A DNA stretch of 64,000 bases from Octopus vulgaris (Eukaryota): contig OX597826.1 of the NCBI GenBank assembly GCA_951406725.2, positions 73,594,001 through 73,658,000 of the forward strand, given 5' to 3'. Numbering within the stretch: the first letter of the stretch is position 1; each line of letters starts with the position of its first letter. The notes beneath the pieces are model-generated. The model ran no database searches. It worked only from the letters and a program-made list of their open reading frames with translations, and was not told where the DNA came from. The position numbers and the translations under genes were made by a program. Below are positions 15,531 to 29,067 of the stretch, piece by piece.

Positions 15531-15831
15531 AATGTCTGATTAATTTAGATATGATCTAATATCGATTGTTGAAAGATATTCTTCAGGTTCAACTTGTGAA
15601 AGGGACATTAAGTTTTCCACTTCCTTCGGAGACTCGTTTAATCTTTATTATAGGCATGTAGCCTGAACAAAGAATGGACATAACAATTCGTTGTCCAGGC
15701 TACATGCCTATAATAAAGATTAAACGAGTCTCCGAAGGAAGTGGACGACTTAATGTCCCTTTCACAAGTTGAATCTGAAGAATATCTTTCAACGATCGAT
15801 ATTAGATCATATCTTAATTAATCAAGACATT
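15531..15831. repeat. Fold-back inverted repeat, about 145-bp arms and about 10-nt loop
   Basis: Arms are directly reverse-complementary with few mismatches. Confidence 0.93.
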
Positions 15832-15849
15832 GCTTGAAATAATCTTTAA

Positions 15850-16145
15850 TACGAGGGTCGATTGAAAGGTCGTAGGCTGAACAAGATATTCTCATGGAAT
15901 GTAACCAAATGAGATTTATTCTTGCTGCCCCCTCTTGCGGTCCTCACACTTGTTGAGATGATAGTAAGATGAGGCCAGCTCAGGAGAATATGGAGGGTGA
16001 TCAACCAACTCAAAGCCGCAGTCATGCACCGCAACCACTGAAAGCAAAGACTTGTGTGCTGGAGCATCGTCCTGATTAAACAAGACCCCTTTCGTCAGTT
16101 TTTCTGAGCGTTTGGACTTGAGAGCCTTTCATAACTGCCTCAGCA
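15850..16145 (-). mobile_element. Mariner transposon remnant
   Basis: TACGAGGG terminus. Minus strand reads KGVLFNQDDAPAH, similar to the mariner HQDNAPAH motif. Confidence 0.7.
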
Positions 16146-18543
16146 AGTTTGCAAGCCATTGTGATGCATTCATTGACAACTGCTTTTCTCCACCTTCTTT
16201 TCTTACTCTCGCTCTCTCCCGCCATGCTCTCCCTCCATCATGCTTCAGCCCTTATCACAGCGCACAGGAAGTCCCATTATGATAGTTTTGACAATTCCTC
16301 CGTCCTGTATACTCGGTATTCAGGGTTCACGAATTCTCATTTACTCGCCAGTATCGCAAGGAATCAAGATAGCGCAGACAGATGAATAGTCGCTAAATGC
16401 ATCGGTAAACAAGTGGGTCCAGACGGGATTAAAATCTCATCCGAGATAACCCTTCCCAATCACTCTGTCTTTGGTTAGTTTACTGATTGTTAAAAGCTCG
16501 CGCTTTCTCTCTGTCTCACCCTCTGCCGATCTTTCTGTCTGTCTATATTTCTGTTTATCTATCTGTCTGTCTGTCTGTATGTATGTCTGTATGTCTATCT
16601 GTTTATGACTCTATATATATAAGTACTAGGCTTACAGAGAATAAGTTCTGGGATCGATTTGTTCGGCGAAAGGCGATGCTCCAGCATGGCCGCAGTCAAG
16701 TGACTGAAGCAAGTAAGAGTATATATACACACACACACACACACACACATCTATCTATAATTCTATTTCCCCATCTAACCATATATTCATGTACGACTAT
16801 AGGAATTTGTGTCATCTATCTATCTACCAATCTATCTATCCATCTGTCTGTCTATCCTTCTATATATCAATCTCTCTGTTAGTGTTGCCTATCCATCTAC
16901 CTGTCCATTTTGCCAGTCCACCTCCACCACCACCAACTCGGCAAAATTGTCTCAACATTTCTCAGATACGACTCCTCCCCCTCCCCTACACACACACTTC
17001 CACGAACATCCCATGTACAGAGAATGATGGGCTGGTGAGGTGGTCGTCCGTTTGGCGTGGGAATGGTTAGAAAACGTGTCCCCCGTTGGAATAGCAGTGT
17101 TGTCATAGAAACCGCCATTACCGATCCCCCACTCGTCTCCCCTACCCGATCATTACTATAATTGAGGTGTCTGTGACATTTGACCTTGGTATATCAGTAT
17201 TTATCTTTGTACAGACGGGGTAGGGTGGAGTGGATGGTTGGTGGGGTGGAGTGGTTGGTGGGTGGGTGGGTGAGGAATCAGAAGTTTAGGGAATCTTTCT
17301 TGAGATCCCTTAATTCCTCTCAGATTTACACACACACTGGAAGTACTGGCGGGGCGGGCAGGGGGGGGGGCTGGTGCTTGTGATGGTGGTCGCAGTAGGA
17401 GTGGTGTGTGATCGTGGTGCTGGTTACACTGACGATGACGATGATGACGAGGAGGAAGGTGAGGAAGATGAAGTATGGCAATGATGGTGGTGGGGGTTTT
17501 AGGCTATAATGATAATGATGACGACGACGACGACGACGATGATGATGATGATGCAGTTGTTATTGTATATATTTCTATAGTCTGCTTACCCTAAAGGTAA
17601 CAAGCCTGATCTTCCACATCAAGGTACTTCTTAGACAGCGCAATGCCATCTAAAATCATTTCATTTATAAGACATCTTATAACGCTAAGTGTCCAGTGTG
17701 ATATTACTTGTAGAATTTGTAGAATGATAGGTGTGAGTGATATAGCCTGATGGATAGAACATTCAAATAAGTACCAGTTGAATACCAGGATCGATGAAAT
17801 CGACTAACCCTTTACCCCGAAATTGATAGCCTTGTGCCAAAATTTGAAACCGTTGTCGTTGTGAAGGTGGGTGAGCTGGCAGAATCGTTAGAGCACAGGG
17901 GAAAATGCTTTGCAGTATTTCTTCCGGTTCTTTATGCTCATAATTCAAATACCACCGAGGTCAACTTTGCCCGTTTTATCCTTTCTAGATCGATAAAAAT
18001 AAAGTACTGGGGGTCGACACAATCTATTCAATTTCCTTTCCAACAACCTGTAGATAACTTCCTATCACTATCTCACTTCCATTACTCCCTCTAACTATCT
18101 CTCACTCCTATCACTCTATTTTTCCCATCGTACTCATACTTTCTCTTCCTTCACCCTCCCGTTCCATGTCTGTTCTTACTCTCTCTTCTCTTCTCTTTCT
18201 TGGCCAAGTTTGTTTTGAAAAAACGGTAAGTGAATGGGAATTTAGCCTTGCATGAAAGAAGGTCAACCAACACACTGTGTAATGTGGTTGATGAACGAAC
18301 GGAGGTAACATAGAGTAGAGAGGACTTTTTGGTCTTGCTGGGGACATGACAACTTCTCTAATGCTGGTGCCCCAATAAAATGCACCGAGTACTAACGCCA
18401 GCCACTTGGTAAAGTAGTTGGCTGGAAGAGAGTCCAGCTGAGAAATCATACCAAAAGTGAAACCACCAACAATGAAGGGGTCCTTTGACTCATCTTGAAT
18501 TCAAAATAAGAACAAACTCGGACAGTCACAACACTTCCGACTC

Positions 18544-18583
<40 letters not shown>

Positions 18584-18728
18584 TTTTTTTAAGCTGAAAA
18601 GATTGGCAAACTATTACTCATTAGACAGTCACCAAGTTGTGAAGTCTTTCCAGCTTCAAGAAAATAGTATTTTACTCTACCTCTGGGGTTCGAGTACTAT
18701 TTTCTTCTCTTTGTTTTGCACCTATTTC

Positions 18729-18774
<46 letters not shown>

Positions 18775-19152
18775 TGTGCGCGCGCGTGTCTAAATCTACA
18801 AAAGAATAACTTGGTTGTTACCTGCTTAGTATTTCTTGAAATTAAATCGATCAAATGTGCAATGCTTGCATTGTGCCAGGCTATTCGAAACACGTGTAAG
18901 CTAAATAAATCGTTGAAGCTGCATCTTCATTTTTTATGTCTTTCCTAATCTATTCTGCGATTAATACACCGAATATAATTGGTGTTCTACCACGGATTTA
19001 CAAATTGTACCTGTCTCGGGAAAACAGTAACAACATATAACTAACTGGGCAATTTAGTTCGCCAGGTCCTATTTCCACGGAGTGCTTACAGAGGTATTCA
19101 CCTAGATTTAATAAAACCCTATTTTCCTTCACCACACACACACACACACACA

Positions 19153-19252
<100 letters not shown>

Positions 19253-19452
19253 GCATGTGAAAGAGGGGAAAAGTAACACCTGTGACTTCCTCCATTTGAG
19301 AATTTGCTGAGGTTTCTGCTGTTCGCACGAGAACAAAATCTGTTCACCATTGTAAACAAATAAATAGAGTTGTGGGAAAAGGAACGTCGGTGTCGACATT
19401 TATACAATTAATGTATTGGTACTAAGCAAATGTTTTTTTTATTTTTCGTCAG

Positions 19453-19579
19453 TAGGGATCGGCCATGAATGTGAAGATGATAGCACACGACATTTGGCGA
19501 AGTTCGATAGCGAACCATCATCCCCATCATTCAGACGAAGATCCAGCCGACCACCACCGACCGCCAGAGAACTGCTTTT
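19453..19579 (+). CDS. Otopetrin-like proton channel, first identified coding exon (N-terminal cytoplasmic region; start exon not found)
   Basis: Acceptor ttttcgtcAG and donor GTAAGT at 19580. Open frame xGIGHECEDDSTRHLAKFDSEPSSPSFRRRSSRPPPTARELL(F) ends in phase 2, matching the next exon. Confidence 0.7.
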
Positions 19580-19731
19580 GTAAGTACGCTTCATATACAT
19601 ACATGTTGTGTCTCGTATATCTATATCTAATGTGTGTGTGTGTGTGTGTGTGTGTGTAGTCTTTTTGTAGTAGTATTACATGCATCTGGTTGTCCTAAAT
19701 GTACTTTATATATATCCAGATATCTCACAAT

Positions 19732-19805
<74 letters not shown>

Positions 19806-19903
19806 GTATATATATATTATATATATACGTATATATTATATATACATATATACATACATATATATTATATATATATCATATATATATACATGTATATATA
19901 CAC

Positions 19904-19961
<58 letters not shown>

Positions 19962-20244
19962 TACATACATACAATCTTTAATATGTTACCTAAACCTGAC
20001 GATATGACAACTTGTCTATAATATTAGCCACACTTGACATAAAAACTAAACTGGAGTACATTGACCAACCTGACACAACAACAAATTTATGTGTTAAGTA
20101 AACCTGACGACATAACTAGCATCCTATTTGTTACTTAAACCCAACCAACTAGTTCGCAATGTGTTACTTAAACGCGACATAGCAACAACAAATCTATTGT
20201 TTTAGATAAACCTGACATAACACTTAAATATGTTATATTTGCAG

Positions 20245-20356
20245 TGATAGTATTATGGCAAACCTGAGTGGCATCTATGGAATGTTTTTGACAGTAATGG
20301 GAGCTGTCATACCAATATCTGAGGTTTTCTCTAAACCACATCCGTTCCTTTTTGAG
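20245..20356 (+). CDS. Otopetrin exon (TM1)
   Basis: tttgcAG / GTGAGT boundaries. Encodes DSIMANLSGIYGMFLTVMGAVIPISEVFSKPHPFLFE, matching the otopetrin LSxxYG...P..E pattern. Absent from the ORF track. Confidence 0.9.
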
Positions 20357-20871
20357 GTGAGTACATCTTTCTCAAACTCTTCTTCACTTAAACCAATCAC
20401 TCTTAGGAATTCACAAGGGCAGTTATGAAGAACTAGGCCAATGCATTCTCAAACTCAAACGCTCAACCAAATTAAATCAAATTTTACATAGTAATACTAT
20501 GAGACTCCGTGAATGTCAACATGTAATTTTTATTGGGTTTAAATAATGCAACATTGGTACTTGTTTCCTTATTACGTCTCAAAACTCGAAGAATAAAAGT
20601 GAAACATTCGACTGAGTAACAGTTATAAATAGTTTCACTTTTATATTGTTTCACATTTAAAAGTTTCACTTTTCCATTGTTTCACTTTTAATAGTTTCTC
20701 AACATATAATTGGGGGGGGGTTAAAACAATGCAACATTGGCACTAGTTCCGTATTAAGTCTCAAAACGCGAAGAATAAAAGTGAAATCGTCGACGGAATA
20801 ACAGTTATAGTTTCACTTTTAATCGTTTCACGATGTATATATATATATACACATACACATCTGTATGTATG

Positions 20872-20927
<56 letters not shown>

Positions 20928-21499
20928 AGCCTCAGGCTGGCCAAAGTTGATTTTGTACACGGAAACTGGAAGAAGACTGTCGTATATATGTGTATATTTA
21001 TGTGTCTATGTTTGTACTCTCACTATCCCTTGACAACCGATGTTGCTGTGTTTACGTCCCCGTAACTCAATGGTTCGGCAAAAAGATACTAATAGAATAA
21101 GTACTAGGTTTACAAAGAATAAATCTTGGGGTCGATTTGTTCGACTAAAGGCAGTGCTCCAGTGTGGCCGTAATCATATGACTGAAACAAATAAAACAAT
21201 AAAAAAAACTATGCCATTTTATCCCGAACAACACCAGGTATCTCTTCTAGTAGTCATTAAAACGAGCAGGCTAGTAATAGTCAATAAAAATTGCAGGTAA
21301 AGTAACGATCACTGTAAGGACTAAACTAGCGAGGGTGCGATGGTTACTAGGTGTTCGTAAGCTAGTAATGGTCACTATAAGGAATAGATTAGCAATGGTC
21401 ACTAGAGCGGGTAGGCTTAGAACAGTCTTATAATGGGTTTATAATTTAATACAAAGCGCAGGTTAGTTAGTAATGGTCACCAGTATAAGTAAACTGGTA

Positions 21500-22662
21500 C
21501 GGCGAGCTGGCAGAAACGTTAGCACGCCGGGCGAAATGCTTAGCCGTATTTCGTCTGCCATTACGTTCTGAGTTCAAATTCCGCCGAGGTCGACTTTGCC
21601 TTTCATCCTTTTGGGTTCGATAAATTAAGTACCAGTTGCGTACTGGGATCGATCTAATCGACTAGCCCCCTCCCCGGAAGTTTCGGGCCTTATACCTAGA
21701 GTAGAAAAGAATATAAGTAAACTGGTATAAGGCGACGAGCTGGCAGAGTCGTTACCATGCCGGGAAAAATGCTTTATGACTTTTCTTCCGGCTGTATGTT
21801 CTGCGTTCAAATGCCGGTGGAGGGTGGACGTCTAGATTGCTTTTCATCGTTTCGGTGTCGATTAAGCATGTATCAGTTGTAATCGATTTAACTCCCTCAC
21901 CCCGAAATTGCTGGCCTTGTGCCAAAATTTGAAATCAACATGGGTAGACTGGCGATAGTCATTTGAAGGGCTTCCGTGACGTTCAGCCTTCCTGAAAGGT
22001 ATTAATGAAATGGCTGTATGAGGCGTCGAGTTGGCCGAGTCGTTACCGTGCCGGAAAAATTGCTTAGCATCATTTTGTCCTTCTTTACGTTCTGAGTTCA
22101 AATTTCGCCGAGGTCGACTTTGCCCTTCATCCTTTAGGAGATCCATAAAATAAGCACCAGTTGAACACTGGGGTCGATGTAAACGACTTAACCCCACCCC
22201 AAAATTTGCTGGCATTGAGTCAAAATTTTGAAATCATTAATAAAAATGGCTGTTGGTGCTTTTGTAGTTTGTTAAATGTTACTCCAGAACATGTAAGATA
22301 TGATGCGTTGGTCGCTAATGTACGGAGAATAGGGACGAACAAGAGTGTGTGTGTGTGTGTAAGTGTGTGAGAGGACCTGTATGTACATGCGTGAGATTAA
22401 GTAGCGTGTATGTGCGGGAATATGAGCTGAGGGCGGTGTGCTGGCAGAAACGTTAGCACGGCGGGCGAAATGCGTAGCCGTATTTCGTCTGCCGTTACGT
22501 TCTGAGTTCAAATTCTGCCGAGGTCGACTTTGCCTTTCATCCTTTCGGGGTCGATAAATTAAGTACCAGTTACACACTGGGGTCGATATAATCGACTTAA
22601 TCCGTTTGTCTGTCCTTGTTTGTCCCCTCTGTGTTTAGCCCCTTGTGGGTAGTAAAGAAATA
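21500..22662 (+). mobile_element. Cluster of four family B SINEs
   Basis: Heads at about 21500, 21730, 22021 and 22431. The first copy has a 16-bp TSD, tataagtaaactggta. Confidence 0.88.
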
Positions 22663-23492
22663 GAACGTGTGTGGCGAGGGGGGATCGTGAAGATGTGTGT
22701 ATGTTTGTGTGTGTGGATGGAAGTGTCTGTGTTAGAAGAGAAGACCTGTGTGTGTGTGAAAATACGTTTTGTATACTTACATGTGAAAATGTGTTTTTAC
22801 GTGTGTGATGTATGTATTGTGCGTATGTGTGGGAGAGAGAGAGAGGGGGAGAGAGATAGGGGGCGTGCGTGTAGTTCATCAAGACGTAAGTTAGTTTGCT
22901 TTACAGCTGTCTCTCAACGTGAACTTTATCCAAGGGAGACCATAAACAATAACATCAACGTTAACTGCGCTGACAGACACATCACCAACACGAACACTAA
23001 CTTATCACACATACACACATCAACAACATAAACCCTAACACACACACAACAGCAACAACAACAACAGCAGCAATAGAAATCCTAACACCTAACACTCACA
23101 CAAACATCAACTCAACACCACTAAGAACAAGATACGCCGTCAACACCGCCACGTACTACAACATTCGTCAGAGGTGGACCGTAACACGCAGCCACGTAAA
23201 CATACACGCACAGATATCCTAGTTGGCAATCTAATTAAATCAAGGTCTTACTTCTCTCCCTGGGTCCTTCCCCTCACGACCATCAACACATGACACTGAT
23301 GCTATCATTATTTCCAAACCCAGAGTGTTTTACTTAGGAATCACAAACCCCAGGATGTTATATGGCGTGGCTGAGACTTTGTAAGAGATTTGTTACCGAA
23401 GCGCTGGGTATTGTGTGAGGGTCAGTATATTGTCGTTTGCATTCAGCAAATGTATGTTTATTTGTATTTAAATAAGATTATATATATCTATC

Positions 23493-23565
<73 letters not shown>

Positions 23566-23635
23566 TGTGTGTGCATTTGCAAGACAATGAGCAAACAGAG
23601 GTTTAATGCTTGGAGAAAAGAAAAAAAGCAGAGAT

Positions 23636-23674
23636 ATCTTTAACGTTTCGGACTATGGCCTTTCATCGGAAAGG
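23636..23674 (-). ncRNA. Degenerate minimal hammerhead motif
   Basis: Minus strand reads ctttCCGATGA aaGGCC ata GTCC GAAA CGTTA aag; the core has a U-to-C change. Confidence 0.45.
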
Positions 23675-24004
23675 TGAGAAAAGAAGGGGAGCGAGGAAGA
23701 CCACGTGTTACCTGCATAACCGCCAAATTCCTGGGATTCTACATCCTCTTGGATTACTACGTGGATTATACAACATTGTTATGTAATATATATATATATA
23801 TATATATCAGTAATAATAAAAGGGTGAAATTAATTAATTAGGGATAATTATCAATTACACCAAGTAGATTTCGGTATGTAAAAGCCCCATTCGAGGAAAA
23901 TTTTTACTTAGTAGAAGGAATAGCTATATCTCTTTGACTGCTATTTCTAAATTCGGTGTGTTGGTGAGGCAATTCGTTGCTAAACCCTTAATTACTTAGT
24001 ATTA

Positions 24005-24056
<52 letters not shown>

Positions 24057-24120
24057 CGCGTGTGTATCGTTGGCGATTTTCTTTCTCCGTCTTCCCTTCT
24101 CTGGATCTTTCCTTCTTCTA

Positions 24121-24156
24121 TGTTTCTGACGAAGAGCTCCGTTTGAAACGTTAAAT
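24121..24156 (+). ncRNA. Degenerate minimal hammerhead motif in a Penelope-derived repeat
   Basis: tttCTGACGA a GAGC tcc GTTT GAAA CGTTA aa; helix II is weakened to G-U wobble pairs. Confidence 0.55.
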
Positions 24157-24251
24157 CCTCCTTTCTTTCCTTTCCTGAGCGTCCAATAACACTATACTTG
24201 TTCCACGTCCTCGCGTTGTTGCGTTTTCTCTTTGTTCATGTTTGGATTAAC

Positions 24252-24299
<48 letters not shown>

Positions 24300-25123
24300 C
24301 AAACTTTCGATACTTTTGCACTCATTATTTTTAAATCTTTCAAAGAAAATACGAATATTAAAATTCATCGAAAACGATTATTTCGATAGAAATCGATATT
24401 GAGATCAATTTTCTCTTAGGGAAAAAATTTCTAATCAATAAATATCATTGTAGTCATGATTTGGGTTCGATATAATCGACTGTCGCCTTCCTCACATATT
24501 TCTGATAGTGTACCCATGTTAAAAGTCACTGCACAAACTAAAATCTTTGTATTTCGTTGAAAATACTTAGCTTTTTCCACATACACAGATTAAAAGATAC
24601 AACAGAACATTTATTGATGTCTTACTTATCACATTATATTTCAAAAAGTTTTCGACTAAAGTTTTAATTGAAGATCCTTTGATCAAGTCTTCTAAACTAA
24701 TCTAGCGTAACAAATTTACTTCTAGACTCGTAGTTGACAGAGACAAGGTATCCGGCTTGTTTTGTCGTCTGCTTTGTTCAGTTGTGATATTTAATATGCT
24801 TTAACTGAGAAGCTTAGGGCTAACCTACATTTGCAAGCACGGTCTATTTTACTACCTTTCATTGCCCTTATATTTAGTAACGCAATATGTTTATATGGTT
24901 AGAGTCTCCACTCCGGTCGTTTTATTAATATAAAGTAATTTGCTTAATGGGAAATTCAGGAACATGCTTGTTACTTCAGGTCATACGACGTTAAGTTATG
25001 ACTAATTTCTTTGTTCTAAATTTTAACAAAAAGAAATAGTAAACAAACACAATAGGATACATATCAACATGGCGATAGTGTATGAGTGTGTGTGTGTGTG
25101 TGTGTGCGTGTGTGTTCATTATA

Positions 25124-25529
25124 CCTATTTCTTATTTCTTTATTGCCCACAAGGGGCTAAACATAGAGGGGACAAACAAGGACAGACAAAGGGATTAAGT
25201 CGATTACATCGCCCCCAGTGCGTAACTGTACTTATTTAATCGATCACGAAAGGATGATAGGCAAAGTCGGCGGAATTTGAACTCAGAACGTAACGGCCGA
25301 CGAAATACCTATTTCTTTACTACCCACAAGGGGCTAAACACAGAGAGGACAAACGAATTAAGTCAGTTATATCGACCCCAGTGCGTAACTGGTACTTATT
25401 TAATCGATCCCGAAAGGATGATAGGCAAAGTCGACCTCGGCGGAATTTGAACTCAGAACGTAACGGCAGACGAAATACGGCTACGCATTTCGCCCGGCGT
25501 GCTAACGATTCTGCCAGCTCGCCGCCTTT
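25124..25529 (-). mobile_element. Dimeric family B SINE with 15-bp TSD
   Basis: TSD tgtgtgttcattata at 25109-25123 and 25530-25544; the 3' portion is duplicated. Confidence 0.9.
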
Positions 25530-26034
25530 TGTGTGTTCATTATAAACATACGAAGCAACGATGATCAACATTATATGAAACTTAAATTTTAACACGTTTC
25601 TGTACACCAGAATGTGACTGGTATTTGCTGAGGGATTTGCCTGAGAGCAAATTTCTCCCTGTAGTCTTCGTATGCAAAGATACATCACGCTCCAATTGAC
25701 GTCATTGAACTATCACACACACTGTGTTTCGGCGTGATTTCGCTTCGTCGGTGAGAGACGCCACTTCGGGCATCTGGAGTTTGATGGAAACTTCTACTGT
25801 ATAAGTCGTGTGCGCGTATTTATATGCGTACGCGCACGAGTGTATGCGTGTGAATAAAAATATACGGTGTGAAAAGGAGAATCTTATATTTTAAATTCAT
25901 CGTTTTATTAGGAAACTAGAAAATATTTTACGATTGTCAATAGTTAATATATTTTCGATTGTTTATAATGATTTATGTCAAAATTACTGACAAAAATAAT
26001 CTCTAGAAACTCATATTTTCAATTAATCTTTATG

Positions 26035-26395
26035 TGTGGCTGTGTGGTAAGAAGTTTCCTTTCTAACCATGTGGTTCTGGGTTCAATCCCACTGCGTGAC
26101 ACCTTGGTCAAGCTTCTTCTATTATAGCCCCAGGCTGATCAAAGCCTTGTGAGTGGATTTGGTAGATGGAAACTGAAAGAAGCATGTCGTATATATATGT
26201 GTGTGTGTGTGTTTGTGCTTGTCCCCCATCACCACTTGACAACCGGTGTTCATGTGTTTACATCCCCCTAACTTAGCGATTCAGCAAAAGAGACAGGTTT
26301 TACAAAACATAAGTACTGGGTTTGACTCGTTCCATTAAAATTCTTCAAGGTGGTGCCCCAGCATGGCCGCAGTCTAACGACTGAAACGAGTAATG
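26035..26395 (+). mobile_element. SINE family A (diverged)
   Basis: Matches the family A head, body and tail. Confidence 0.85.
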
Positions 26396-27006
26396 GAAAA
26401 ACGATATATATATATATATATTACTCAATTATGCGTGTGAGAGTGTTTGCATGTGTATGTGTGTACGTGTTAGTTTGCTTATAGGCGTAAACGTATATCT
26501 GTATATGTGCGTAGACTATTAAACATATACTCAACTACACATATATGAATGTTTATAGATGTATGCAGCCGCACACGTATGCGCTCGAGGGCGTGTGTGC
26601 TTACGGATGTATCTACTTACATACACACACACACACATTCACATACACGTATAATGTATTTATATTCTCATCTCATATGTGAGTTCGTCGACGAGTTCGA
26701 TAAATTCAATTTGCTACATGTCAATAGTATTTATCGGACAAGATATTTTTATCTCATCCAACATGACACACGTTAACTAAAGGACAAGAAAATGATAAAA
26801 CATCGTTACTGACAGCAGTCTGTAAGTAAATAAACCCCAAGGCAGGAATCACGAGAAAGAAACTAACGGAGATGTTTCTTTAAATGCCTGGTTTCCTTGA
26901 ACACACGATGAACTGAAGTAACGAACGCTATTTCACGTGAAGTACTGATTTGATCTTCGCTGGACAGATCTGATCTTAGCTAGGCTCAGTTTCATCTTTT
27001 TTCTTT

Positions 27007-27562
27007 GTCGCCCTTTTCAAGCCTAGCCAGGCTCATGGGTTCGGTTTCCCAGTTTCTATGGTATATGTGTTCCCCCTAGCCGGACGGGACACCAGTCCAT
27101 CGCAGAGTTACTCAAGAAACAGGAAGGGAGAGTGAGAGGAAGTTGTGGCGAAAGAGTACAACAGGAGTCGCCACCAACCCCTGCCAGAGCCTCGCGGAGC
27201 TTTTAGGTGTTTTCGCTCAATAAACACACACAACGCCCGGTCTGGGAATCGAAACTGCGATCCTTCGACCGCAAGTCCGCTGCCATAATCACTGGGCCAT
27301 TGCGCCACCACTTGCGCCCTTTTAAAGCCTAACCAGGGCTCATGGGCCCGGTTTCCCAGTTTCAATGGCGTATGTGTTCCCCAGCTGGACGGGACGCCAG
27401 TCCATCGCAGTGTTACTCATTTTTGCCAGCTGAGTGAACTGGAGCAACGTGAAATGAAGTGTTTTGCTCAAGAACACAACGCGTCGCCCGGTCCAGGAAT
27501 CGAAACCACAATCTTACGATCATGATGCTGACACCCTAACCACTAAGCTACGCACCTCCACC
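27007..27562 (-). mobile_element. Two tandem family C tRNA-headed SINEs
   Basis: Shared tail aggctt(t/g)aaaagggcg and tRNA-like heads. Related copies lie near 3870, 7820, 36329 (+), 38870, 43390, 48200 and 56250. Confidence 0.8.
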
Positions 27563-29067
27563 AGTTTCATCTTAACTCGGCTTATTTTGACTCTTGATCC
27601 TAACTAGACTGTTTTGATCTCGGCTTATTTTGAATTTATCTTGACTGTTTTGATCTTAACTAGGCTGAGATAGATTTTAATGAAGTGGAGCTTATTATGG
27701 CAGACGACTTGTCCGTTGGAGACTCATTTCACTAATGTCAACTCTCGCAGCTACGATATATAGAATACCAGCTTCTTTCAGACGGTAGTGTCGCAAATAG
27801 CCAAAAAACAGGCTTATTAAAAATTAATTATTAGCGATGGAATCAGTAATTAATACCAAAAGATATATATTTTCTATAGTTTCTGCAGCTGAGATACCAA
27901 TAAGAAATACTCCTGCTGTACATTATATCCGCTCAGCTTGACCTGTACAATAAATCAGATTGACAGCGATAGCCGAGTGTTATCTCTCTGTCGTGCTTGT
28001 GGTTGGAACACAAGTGTTAGACAGTCGAGTGATTATTTACTGTCTGGGTAAGTCCTTATCACGCGTTACACTTCTTGTTTATAAACATGAGTATTGGCGC
28101 TGACGATTTTTTTAGCCTTGGTGTTGTAGACATTTTGATGATGTATTTACTTGATTCTGTAGACATGGTGAGGCTTTCTCGTTTCTACGTATCGCTTGTG
28201 TGCGTGTGTATGTGTGTACACAGGCATCTTTTTATCTTTTACTTGTTTCCAGTTATTGGACTGCGGCCATGCTGGGGCATTGGCCTTCAAGGGTTTAGTG
28301 GAACAAATCGACCTTTGCACTTTTTTTAAGCCTATTCTATCAGTTTCTTTTGCCGAAACGCCAAGTTACGGGCTTGTAAGCAAACCAACAACGGTTATCA
28401 AGCGGGATTAAGAACAAATACAAAGACACACACACACACACACACACAAATACATTTGCACTGTTTATAACAGTCATAGGCAACCTTTCAGAATGGCACG
28501 GCTTACCAAATATTACCTTGAATTTTTTTAGTAGTGCGGCCCCTCTGATGACGATTCATGTCTCATGCGGCCCGCTTCTCGAAAAAGGATGCCCATTCCT
28601 TGTTTGTATTGTCCGGAAATTCCCAACTGAGTTATTGCCCTTGCTTACCGTTTTTCTGGATTTTTGTTTTGTTATGGGGGTTGTGGTGGGGATCAGATTT
28701 TAAACCCTTTTGAAATACACTGGCTTTCTTCTAATTAAATTTGAAGAATTTAATAAATTTTTAAAAAACTTTGTCTTTATTAGGGTAATATTTGGAACAT
28801 AAACTGAAATTTTAGTGAAAAATTTCAATTTAGATGGCTTTGAAAGAGGAACACATAGAACAAGAGGCGGTCTCAGGCGGGTTGGTATCGGGGGCATTAA
28901 ACAAATTCCGAAACTACGTTCCTAAATCCGACACTCTACTTTGTATTTAGTATGAAGTAAACTCCATTGAGGCATTTTCCTTCAGTTATTATCAATATCT
29001 CTACATCCCATCTATTTTCTATATCCATGGAGCACTCTCTTAGTTGTACCAGCTGAGAATATGCTTA

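Noticed and set aside
16917-17034. Candidate upstream otopetrin exon (Pro-rich)
   Set aside because: No open frame ends in the phase 1 required by exon 19453. It could be UTR, but this is unsupported.
18111-18449. 112-aa minus-strand ORF
   Set aside because: At most a faint LINE-like relic running into a purine-rich tract; it cannot be supported as a gene.
19465-19659. ORF MNVKMIAHD... as the otopetrin start
   Set aside because: It ends in phase 1 at the donor, while the next exon needs phase 2; the other frame fits.
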